The translations under genes and the position numbers were made by a program. 64,000 bases of DNA from Octopus sinensis. Lineage: Eukaryota. Under the pieces are notes generated by a model, which made no database searches, was not told the origin of the DNA, and saw nothing but the letters and a program-made list of their open reading frames with translations. Location: NCBI RefSeq assembly GCF_006345805.1, contig NC_043004.1, positions 67,084,001 to 67,148,000 on the forward strand. The letters run 5' to 3'. Shown here piece after piece: positions 53,593 to 64,000 of the stretch (position 1 is its first letter; each line of letters starts with the position of its first letter).

Positions 53593-53914
53593 TATTAATA
53601 GTTATCGCCAAGCTAACATAGCAGTCCAGTTAAATAGGATGAATGCTGCCGTTGATTAGCTCCAAGAGGTCGTCGCCTCTTGCTAGCTATGTGTCACATG
53701 AACCTGTGTTCATTGTAACCTTCGAACGGGGGAGGACAGTCGCTTCCCCTTGCTGGTCTGGCATCTATAGACTAGTTTCAGGTTATTTGCCCCTTATCAA
53801 TGTAGAGTAGCAGAACCAAGCAGGCATCGCTACTTAGCATCTGTTAGATGGATTATTTACCTAAATTCCGTGGAATATATCCACTACCATGTTAGCTTGG
53901 CGATAACTATTAAT
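53593..53914 (-). mobile_element. ~320-bp element with 33-bp inverted termini and an internal hammerhead
   Basis: TATTAATAGTTATCGCCAAGCTAACATAGCAGT versus the reverse complement at 53883-53914 (2 mismatches). Left flank is (TA)n. Confidence 0.75.
53765..53805 (-). ncRNA. Minimal type I hammerhead, U3-A8 core variant, GUC cleavage triplet
   Basis: Minus strand reads CTACA TTGATAA GGG GCAAATAA CCT GAAA CTAG TC TATAG, with a palindromic CTAG stem III. Confidence 0.6.
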
Positions 53915-54454
53915 ATCCAGTACCGTTGCCGTAGTCTCCTTTAGAGAGACTTAGAAATACTAATATTTCTATTTTTGAAATCCAATGGACGTATTTCACT
54001 GAATGGTTGCTTAATCCTGTAATATAATTTAATCACCTTGTAGAGAAATCAGCTAAAATAGGCCAGGATGAGGTACACTAGATTAGCTAAATATGATTTT
54101 GTATAAGTATTAAATTGCTATACGCTATTAAAATCCCCGAGGTGAAATGCTAGATGTTCATAGAAATTCCATGAATATGATACACTAGCAGAACGACCAG
54201 TTAGCAGAAGCGTTAGCACGACAGGGGAAATGCTTAGCAACATATCATCGGTCTGTACTTCTGAGTGCAAATTCCGCCGAGGTCAACTTAACATTTCATT
54301 CATTAGGGGTGGATATAATATGTACCAGTGGCATACGGGCATGAATGTGATACAATTACCCACTCCCTCGAAATTACTGACATTATGACAAAATGGGAAA
54401 CCAATATGGGACACTAACTTACTCATAAATTTTTTATTGAAACACTTAATATAA

Positions 54455-54727
54455 TACAGTTCTGTATTTAAGTCGCGAGGAATTATGTATATTATTTACC
54501 TTATTTACATACGACGGACATTTGTCCTCATCTTGTTTGATGCTATCACAACGCTTCGGCTGATATACCCTCCAGCGTTCTTCAGGATATAAAAGCATTA
54601 GATTTATAAACCCTAACATTCACTCCATAATTGCCCACGGGCATATGGTATAGTGGTTAAGAGTGCGGGCTACTAACCCCAAGATTCCGAGTTCCAATCA
54701 GTGACCTGAACAATAATGATAATAATG

Positions 54728-54758
<31 letters not shown>

Positions 54759-54910
54759 CAACAACAACAGCATCAAAAATACCCTAGGAATGAGAACCCA
54801 GCTTCGAAATTTCCCCAAGACACCTGAAGAATGATGGAGGGTATATCAGCCAAAGATGAGGACAAATATCCGTCGTATGTAAATAATGCAAATAATGCAC
54901 TTAATATTAT
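54455..54910. mobile_element. Composite: tRNA-derived head + (AAT/AAC)n + hammerhead-bearing tail, with an inverted copy of the tail upstream
   Basis: Head GGGCATATGGTATAGTGGTTAAG..GGGCTACTAACCC (54638-54705). Tail ACAC CTGAAGA..GGAGGGTATATCAGCC at 54820-54900. Inverted copy at 54495-54590. Confidence 0.65.
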
Positions 54911-55715
54911 CATTTACTTATTTTCTCAACAAAACTAAATTAGCTGGCTTTCCAGAGAAAGGGATGTGACATTGTATTTCGAATAGTTCAAATGGTTTGC
55001 AAAGGCATACGTGTACGTTAACAGACATCCGTACAGATACATACGTACAAATCAGATTAATATAGACTACGTAGGTGTTATGTTCCCAAACCCCAGCGAT
55101 AGGTGAAAATCCGCGTAGTAGAAACAATACTGTATGTATGTTTTTTAAATTATTTTTATAATTTGTATATATTTATTTTATTATAACTGCAAAACAACAT
55201 TACACATTCACCTCCCGAGTTTCGTTTTCCATACAGTGTATGCTATTCTTTGTTTAGTCATCTACAGCACACAACGTATTTTCTTTTAATATATTTTACT
55301 TAATGCGTCATACAGTGCAGTAGTGTACTGTACTTCTATTTATTAATTTATTAATTTTTTGGCATGAGAGTGCATATTTTACCAGAGAAATACTTACAAA
55401 GTAATGAATATAAATACCAATCTGCTGCAGAAACACGCGATATACTGAGGATTGCGTGATATAAATTTACATATATTAGCCAGAAAAATCTGCAAGGTAC
55501 TGAGGGTGCGATAGGTGAACTGCGGTATGAGGATGGATTACTGTACAGATGCATTCAAAGAAAAGAAAGAAATGGGATTGAAAGTATATATGCTTGTGTG
55601 TGTGTGTAGGTATGTGTTTGTGTTTGTATGTGTGTGGGCATGTGTGTGTATAAGGTGGAGTTGAAAGATTCCCTTACTAGTTAGCTATCTATCTATTTAT
55701 CTGTCTATCTATCTA

Positions 55716-55800
<85 letters not shown>

Positions 55801-55971
55801 GTCTATATATATATATATATATATGCAGCACGGATTTTTGTCAGTGAACAGGTCGCGGTTTTAAAGCGACGAAAATATTTTGACAAATTAAACTTAAATT
55901 TTTTAAGTGAATCGAACGGCTTTTGTGTGTTTCTTAAATGGCTTACAAACACCTTCCACGCTGCAATTGTT

Positions 55972-56053
<82 letters not shown>

Positions 56054-58899
56054 TATATATTATAAAATAGAGTTATGTGTGTGTGCATATGTTCCTTATG
56101 CACCTGCAGTTTTCGACGTATGCTTTATAAAAATTTAAGATTATCATTTTTCTTTTAGTCACCTATCGTGAACGACATCTTTTACCACCGCCACCATCTA
56201 AACGGCGATGACGTCACATTTTCTATATGTATTCACGCGTACCTTATTTACGTTAAGCCGATGACTGAGAAGTTACTCTGTGACGGTGTATGTGTCAGTA
56301 TACATACATTTTTGTGACGACTGACACACACACACATCTAAAGTCACAGACATATACACACAGAGGGACAGAGATAGGCTTGATGTGTGGGTTATTTGTG
56401 TGTGTGTGAGTGTGTGTGTGTCTTAATGAAACGTGCTGATATTGAAAGCTACAACGACTAGGTTTCATTAGAAACTGAATATAGTTTTACACTTTCAATT
56501 TCAACCAAAATTACAGTGTTCAATTATGTGACTGGTGATGTATGAATAATGCTTAGGCGATCTTTCGTTTTGACTTGCACATCTGCTTTATGCATTCGTT
56601 AATTTCTGTAAAAATGCTTTGTTCATTTACTTTTGTTTTAAAGTGAAAGAGAGGAGAAAATGAAAGATATACGTGAATATGAAATGGACATGTGTGAGAG
56701 AGAGAGAGCGAGAGAGAGAGAGAGGAATGGAGAAACATAGAGAGAGAGACAGACAGGGAGAAAGAGAGAGAGGATGAGAGAACAAGGGAGAGAGAAAAGA
56801 GAAAGGGAAAAAGAAAGTGACTGAGGGTCTGTGTTGTCATGTATACGTAGATACGTCAATACATATGCATACATCTCTTTGTATGTACATGTGCGTGTGT
56901 GTGAGAAAGAGAGGGTGAGTGAACCTCCATGTTCTCTTGTATGTATAAGTGGCACTCACTCACACTCTCTCTCGCACTTACACAAACATACGCACACACA
57001 CACACACATGTCAATTTTATATACATATACATTTCATAGTGTTTTCCTCTCTCTTCTCTTTCACTTTAAAACAAATAAATAAATAAATTTCTTATACGGA
57101 AATTAACGAACGAAACAGCTGATGCGGATGACAGTTCGTTAACAACTTTGTGAGTTATAACGAAACATTAGCCGCTGCTTATTAATCCATCTACCAAAAA
57201 AAAAACTATATTTTTCACTCAACATCTCAATTTTACAACTAAAATTACGCGGGTGGCACAAATTTGTGGTCATTTTCGGACAATATTTCAATTTGTTTCT
57301 AATGTTTCTCTTTCATCTGATGATTCGCGCATGCGTAGAATTCTACTCGGACAAACATTTATGAAAATGTTCACATAAATAGTGTATTATAAGACATAAG
57401 CAAGAAAAAATTGCATTAAAAAACATCCATTTCTCTATATGTTATGAGGGAATACAGTCATTATTTCTCTCTTTCTCTGTGTGCCTCTCTCTCTCTCTCT
57501 CTCTCTCTCTGACGCACAATAATATTTATGCATTTGTATTTATGGGCGAAGGTAAAGAATACGTACACCCGGTATTTATGTTTAGGGTTACGCTGAAAAC
57601 GGGTGGTGTTCGTTTTCTTTACCTCCGCCTATTTATGTATGTGTATATAAAAGATAATGTGTCTGTGAGAGTGAAAAAGTGAGTGAATGAAAGAGCGTGA
57701 GTGACTGAGACTTACACATTCATGGAAAAAAATCCATACATCAAAACACACCTTCACTCATTCACTGATTCATTCTCGCTCTCTCTCTCTATCACACACA
57801 GAGAGAGACACACACGTCCATTTCATATACACGCACATCTTTCACTTTCTCCTTTCTTTTACTTTGTCCTCTCACTTCAAAGCAAATTCCGCTTTTTCAC
57901 TTCATCCTCCCTTTCAAATTCTTCTCTCTTCAAAGTATAAAGAAATTAACAGAATTTTACGGAAATTAACGAACAAAAATATGACCCCATATATGTCGAG
58001 TTGACAACTTTGCTTCTCTAAACAAAAGTCTGCTATAAAATAGCTTCATTTGACACTCACGCACACACACATACACAAACTCTCGGTTAAACTTGTGTGC
58101 AAACTATGTTATATCTTGCAGTGTGCATGCACAAATTTAAAGCTCAAATCCAATTGAAATGATCTTTTTCTATCGTGTAATTTGTGTTTGTGATGAATGT
58201 ATTTAAAAACCTGATCTTCGATATAAACTGAAATACAAGTTTTCCCAGGAATCCTAATTTTACCTCTTCTTTCTAGCATGTCCGAGGTGGAATTTCAGCT
58301 CCGTCCCCCTATTTTTTAACCTAAACTTCTTCCGATTCCATTGTTTGCGATACAGGACATTAGGATTTCACCCACAAACACGTTCTCAATATTTTAATGT
58401 TCTCCCTCTCCACACCAAATTCCTTTTTTACTTCTTAAACATATTTTTCTTCTTTATCCAAGGAGAAAAAAACAAGCAATACGAAACATTAAGACTTTTA
58501 CCAATCACCTCACCACTTTCAAAAAAGCTATACATTTCCAGTGTTTCATTTTTAGCCTTTTTGTAAAGCAGGGAAGTTCTTCAGAAATAATCTCGTTTAC
58601 CTGATGTTTCTAGCATGTCGGGTTTTCTGCTGGTGGTCTGGTATTTTTAAGTTTGCTATTTCAGTGAAATTTTAAGTATGCGGGGAAACATCAGACAAAA
58701 GTGAAAGCGAGTAGATGATGGGTAGTTGATGTGCGTTTCTTTAAAAAAATGAAACTATAAAAAAATTGTGTATTTCTCAGATTCGTAATCTCTGTATTTT
58801 TCTACGTAGATAACAAAAAAAATCGTTAAGTTATAAATTAAGAAATTGTGGTGAGGATGGGGGGAAATTTTAAATTTTCAAAACTTGATGTAGGAGAAA

Positions 58900-59156
58900 A
58901 TCGTATTAATCCCTTTTTTACGATGCAACAATACATAGTTTATGATCCTTCTTTAGAACAGAAAGCACATTCATGCAAAGCCATGCAAATTGTACCCTCC
59001 CCCTTCACTTTAAAACATGCAATAACTTCCATTATTATATAAATATCAGCTGTTAACTATATATCAGCTGTGCCGATTGTGACCCTAAGAAAGGAGCAAA
59101 TAATACAATGTGCCTCTAGGTCATAATACCCGGGCAGCGCCGGGCGACATTGCTAG
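58900..59156 (+). mobile_element. Helitron-type 3' end
   Basis: Hairpin CCCGG-GCAGCG-CCGGG (59129-59144) followed by CTAG|T (59153-59157). The 5' limit is uncertain. Confidence 0.6.
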
Positions 59157-59169
59157 TACTGTTCAATAA

Positions 59170-59480
59170 AAAATAACTTCGTTAACTAAGTTTTATTATC
59201 TCCTTCAAAATAGTCACTTTGCATGGCGAAACATCGGTCTAGAATTCGTTTGCCGTAAGCGAGTCGAGGACCTTCGACGATTCGGTTTTGATGTCGACAA
59301 CGGTGTTAAAATGGCGACATTTGAGCAGCATTTTCATCTTGGGGATGGCATGTAAATCTGCTGATGCTGAATCTGACGAAAATGGAGTTAGCAGAAGGGA
59401 TAACATGTTGTTTTTGCCAAAAGACTCACGAGGAATCAAGAGGTTCAAAGACAGATAGCGAGTCATAGTCCTTTTTTTTC
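59170..59480 (-). mobile_element. Mariner transposase C-terminal remnant
   Basis: FGKNNMLSLLLTPFSSDSASADLHAIPKMKMLLKCRHFNTVVDIKTESSKVLDSLT matches the decayed mariner pattern LAKNN..LPHPPYSPDLAPADF.LFPKLK..LKGRRF.TVEEIK. Confidence 0.75.
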
Positions 59481-59675
59481 AGGAATCCCTACTGAGCGTG
59501 GAGACCGAATTATTCACTTTTATAAAGTGAGTAAACCGAAGCATGAGAAATAATGTGTCTTGCTCAAAAACACTCTGCATTCCGCGGTCCAGGAATCTGA
59601 ATCCCAATTTTGCGTCCAGGACTGTATCATGCAAACCACAAAGTCTCACTCCACAACACACACGCACGCGCACGC

Positions 59676-59706
<31 letters not shown>

Positions 59707-59766
59707 AATGCACCTATATATATGTGTATTTATATGTATGTATGTATATATATATATATATTATAT

Positions 59767-59820
<54 letters not shown>

Positions 59821-60101
59821 TATATGTATATATATATATATATATTATATATATATATATATGCATATATTTATTAATCAATATAGGGAGGCAAAAAAAT
59901 TTTGTAGAATTCTTTTGCCCCCAGCGGCCTAGTGGGAAAAAATTAAATAGTCATAGACCATTTTTAAGTTCAATATCACAATCAAGGAACGGCCATAATA
60001 GGCCATTCACCCACTAGAAATAACAGCCAAAAAGCTTCAACCGCAAAATAACATTAATTCTGTAAACCAGGAGAAAATTAAAAAAAACATTTACCCTGAA
60101 A

Positions 60102-60206
60102 TTCCTTATACGATGCACCGTTTCGTCTACTGTTTAATGGTAAACTAACCTGATTAAATTAAATCAAGCCAATCTACCATAGGCCCTTAGATTCATCAGT
60201 AAGGAA
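60102..60206 (-). ncRNA. Type I hammerhead with 68-nt branched stem II
   Basis: Reverse complement of 60709-60813. Confidence 0.7.
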
Positions 60207-60708
60207 TAGCCAAATCGGAACAGATATTTTTCACGAGGCATTCACGTCCATGCCTCGCCAATATCTGACCTAAAATTTTCAAATCGTCGCACTCGCGCCA
60301 AATTTATCGGCAGCAAATAAATATAAGCCGCCGATTCCATTACGGAACTAACCAGAAAATTCATAATTAATCAATATAGGGAGGCAAAAAAATTTTGTAG
60401 AATTCTTTTGCCCCCAGCGGCCTAGTGGGAAAAAATTAAATAGTCATAGACCATTTTTAAGTTCAATATCATAATCAAGGAACGTCCATGCCTCGCCAAT
60501 ATCTGACCTAAAATTTTCAAATCGTCGCACTCGCGCCAAATTTATCGGCAGCAAATAAATATAAGCCGCCGATTCCATTACGGAACTAACCAGAAAATTC
60601 ATAATTAATCAATATAGGGAGGCAAAAAAATTTTGAAAATTTTAGGTCAGATATTGGCGAGGCATGGACGTGAATGCCTCGTGAAAAATATCTGTTCCGA
60701 TTTGGCTA

Positions 60709-60813
60709 TTCCTTACTGATGAATCTAAGGGCCTATGGTAGATTGGCTTGATTTAATTTAATCAGGTTAGTTTACCATTAAACAGTAGACGAAACGGTGC
60801 ATCGTATAAGGAA
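60709..60813 (+). ncRNA. Type I hammerhead with 68-nt branched stem II
   Basis: TTCCTTA CTGATGA ATCTA...TAGAC GAAA CGG TGCA TCG TA TAAGGAA. Perfect 7-bp stem I, intact core, 4-bp stem III. Predicted cut after A60806. Confidence 0.7.
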
Positions 60814-61935
60814 TTTCAGGGTAAATGTTTTTTTTAATTTTCTCCTGGTTTACAGAATTAATGTTATTTTGCGGTTGAAGCTTTTTGGCTGTTATTTCTA
60901 GTGGGTGAATGGCCTATTATGGCCGTTCCTTGATTGTGATATATATGCATATATATATATATCTATATATGTGTGTCTATATATGTATACATATTTTCAA
61001 TGAGTGCGACACAATTATATGTCTTGAATTCATGGCATATATATGTTGATATACACAAATTTATTACACAAAGACATGTATGCATGCTTGAATAAGTCAC
61101 AAACTCACTTACACATACATATATATATTCATATGATTTACATAGCTAGGCAATTATAACACTATAACTGTTCTTGACTTTTTGAAAGGCTCTTTAAATT
61201 TTATTTCTATCTTTACTAAGCCATTAAGGTTTGCTTTATTACGTTTGCTTGTTTAGATGTGATACTATGAATATGCACTATTTCTCGTTCCGTTTATATC
61301 TTTAATGTATTTGTTTTAGTACCAACGCATAATATATCTCAACATCTTTAAATTTCTCGCACATTACAACATTCATCAATTTTAATTTCATTTGACTTAC
61401 AAATAAATCTGCAATGTAATGCTCTGACGCTTAGATTTATAAGTCTACCGTAAATCTTTCAAAATATAATACATATTTATGTTATAGAAGTAGTATTTAT
61501 ATATTAACAAAGCTGAAAATGAAGAGGCTGAGAAACTGGCAGATGTTTTGTAATGTTAAAACCAATTACCAATAAATATTATTATAAGAAATGAAAAATC
61601 CCTACCTCAAGTAGGTAGTAGGTATATTAATATTAGTAAAAGGTTAAATATGCTAAATTCTAAAATTTCTTCAAACAGTTGTTTTGAGAAAATGTCACTC
61701 GGAAATAAACGAAGCAGACAGAGCAGTATTTATTAAGGTTTTATAGAAAATATTCAGCATTTTTGTACACACCTATACCAACTGAAGCAACAGCATACGT
61801 ACACAGCATACTAACCACTAAGTCACGCGCCTTCACGCTGGGACACATACACAGACATACACACATACACACGCACACACATATATACATATTGAAGACA
61901 TATTTCGTCTTTATATATATATATATATATATATA

Positions 61936-61978
<43 letters not shown>

Positions 61979-61993
61979 TACATACATATATAA

Positions 61994-62044
<51 letters not shown>

Positions 62045-62079
62045 TAATATATATATTATAATATATAATATATATATAC

Positions 62080-62914
62080 GAGAAAAAAGCAACAATAATG
62101 GATTAGTTTTTCAGTACAATTGTTTCATACGAAGACAAGCTTTATTAAAAGCTGTAAATATTGCAGCAAATACAAGTGTCCCGTACCCAGCTAAAACACA
62201 TATGGGTTCTCCAAGATCCTAGTGGGTGAGGCTACACTCATGAAGAATCGGAGATTGTTCTATAAAAAGCAAATTTAGGTTGTAAGCAGACTTCGAAAGT
62301 TCTCTAATGATGATGCACGGTTTTATGGCAGGTTTTAAAAAAGCTTGTTAGCTTCACAGAGAAGGTAAATTCATCCATAATGTAGTTGCAAATTACCGGA
62401 GATATGAGGAGATATTTCATACTCACAGTCGATGAATCTATCCATGATTAATCCATAATAAGGTGGGTATAATTTCCTGGTATATGATAAGATACTTGTC
62501 ACACCTCTGTTCATTTCACAAAACTGCTATGTTAGAATTATAAAGGCTGAAGGAGTTTTGTGTAGCAAAGAAAAACCGCCCACATAGAGTATTCTGGGAT
62601 AACTGAGAGGGAAGGGGTCGCAGGTACCCACCTACACAGAAAGGTCTCTTTCTGTGGAGACAGACAGCCTGGCTTAGAATTTGCAGGAATCTAAGATTTA
62701 TAAAGGAGAACATTATTTTTGACCAGTATACAGCTGCTAATTGCCAATCCTACGGAGCTAAAGCAGATATAAGAATCTAAAGAGAACAAGGGAAGGGATA
62801 AAAGGGGTCAAAGCCTATCACTAGAGGGAAATACATTTGCAGCTTTTAATAAAGCTTGTCTTCGTATGAAACAATTGTACTGAAAAACTAATCCATTCTT
62901 GCTGCTTTTTTCTC
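62080..62914. mobile_element. 835-bp element with ~81-bp inverted termini embedded in (TA)n
   Basis: 62080-62161 is the reverse complement of 62834-62914. The termini contain GAAACAATTGTA. Confidence 0.85.
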
Positions 62915-63027
62915 ATATATATATATAATATATATATATTATATATATATATATATATTATATATATATATATATAGATATATATATATAATATATATAT
63001 ATATATATAATATATTATATATATTAG

Positions 63028-63234
63028 AAGAAATGAGGTACTCAGAAAATCGGATGGTTTATATTTACAGATATTTATTTGTATATTACATTTATATGTA
63101 TCATATAAAACCCCACTAGAATGGGAGAAAGCGCTGATATATGATCTAATTTATATGATATATATAAAAAATGTAATATACAAATAAATATCTGTAAATA
63201 TAAACCATCCAATTTTCTGAGTACCTCATTTCTT
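63028..63234. repeat. ~207-bp foldback, part of a family also seen at ~752-810
   Basis: AAGAAATGAGGTACTCAGAAAAT..ATATTACAT pairs with ATGTAATAT..ATTTTCTGAGTACCTCATTTCTT. Continuation ATACCTGTAC.TCATCTCCAAAC is shared with 785-810. Confidence 0.85.
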
Positions 63235-63275
63235 ATAATACATAATACCTGTACATCATCTCCAAACCTTCCAAC

Positions 63276-63378
<103 letters not shown>

Positions 63379-64000
63379 TATATATATTATATGTATGTAT
63401 ATGTATATGTATATATATAGACATATATACGCAGAGACGCACCTACACAATTGTACATATCAGAAAAAGACGGAGTCTCCTGTTGATCTATGATGACACA
63501 GTCGATGTTGCCGATAAGTGTTACAGTTGTTCGATCAGCGAATCAATATAGTTTGCATATCGATTTAATATAATTCTCATCAGAATTGAATGTAATATTT
63601 TTGTGACACTAACGATTGCTTTATGTATACGTAGTATCCATTCGACATGCTTCCGTAAATTTTCCGTTATTCAACTTTCTCCCAGAATGCAGGAGTAATT
63701 TTGAGAGTAATATGAAGAATATTGAGAGTAATATGAGAAATAACCCAATGGCCATGAAGATTGACTGAACTCGTAACTTTTCAGTATAAATACGAAGTTC
63801 TTAACCAGATAAATCTATTTCACGCATTAAGCAAACGTGAATACTCTTTTATACAAAATATATATAGTATCCTTTTTATATTGATATAGTAGATATATAG
63901 ATAAGTGTTATCTATCATTGCATACTCGCAGCACAATGAACCTGATTTAGTAAAAATATCACAAGATGCATTTATATGGGTTAACTCAGTTGCCCTATAC

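Larger units (their letters stand above)
59873..60942. mobile_element. Young non-coding hammerhead-bearing element: 493-bp unit, deleted tandem copy, and a 311-bp inverted copy
   Basis: ATTAATCAATATAGGGAGG starts at 59873, 60366 and 60604. By eye, 59973-60283 equals the reverse complement of 60632-60942. (TA)n flanks. Confidence 0.9.

Noticed and set aside
56560-58000. Weak direct and inverted similarity among three segments (GGAAATTAACGAAC, TTTCACTTTAAAACAAA)
   Set aside because: Old, low-complexity and too diverged to define an element.

Overview
AT-rich, microsatellite-saturated eukaryotic DNA with one 100-N gap (34809-34908). The repeat families look like those of an Octopus genome (inference from family recognition, not a search). 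No complete protein-coding gene can be supported. Nearly all ORF-track entries are (TA)n/(CA)n or trinucleotide artefacts. Recognisable content: a 5'-truncated, frameshifted RTE LINE; two mariner remnants and one Tc1 remnant; R4/Dong-type LINE fragments plus a ~555-bp (AAT)n-associated element; Helitron/Helentron-type non-autonomous elements; several tRNA-derived SINE families; and Penelope-like (PLE) termini with GIY-YIG fragments. The most notable signal is the number of type I hammerhead ribozyme (HHR) motifs, more than a dozen intact or decayed, usually beside (TA)n tracts. They include variants with 59-80-nt stem II insertions and two with a compensatory U3-A8 core. They occur in tail-out inverted pairs, in a direct-repeat retrozyme-like unit (5742-6480), and in a very young non-coding 493-bp tandem/inverted element (59873-60942). 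All folds were paired by eye and no ribozyme activity is demonstrated. A few weak minus-strand exon candidates are flagged at low confidence.
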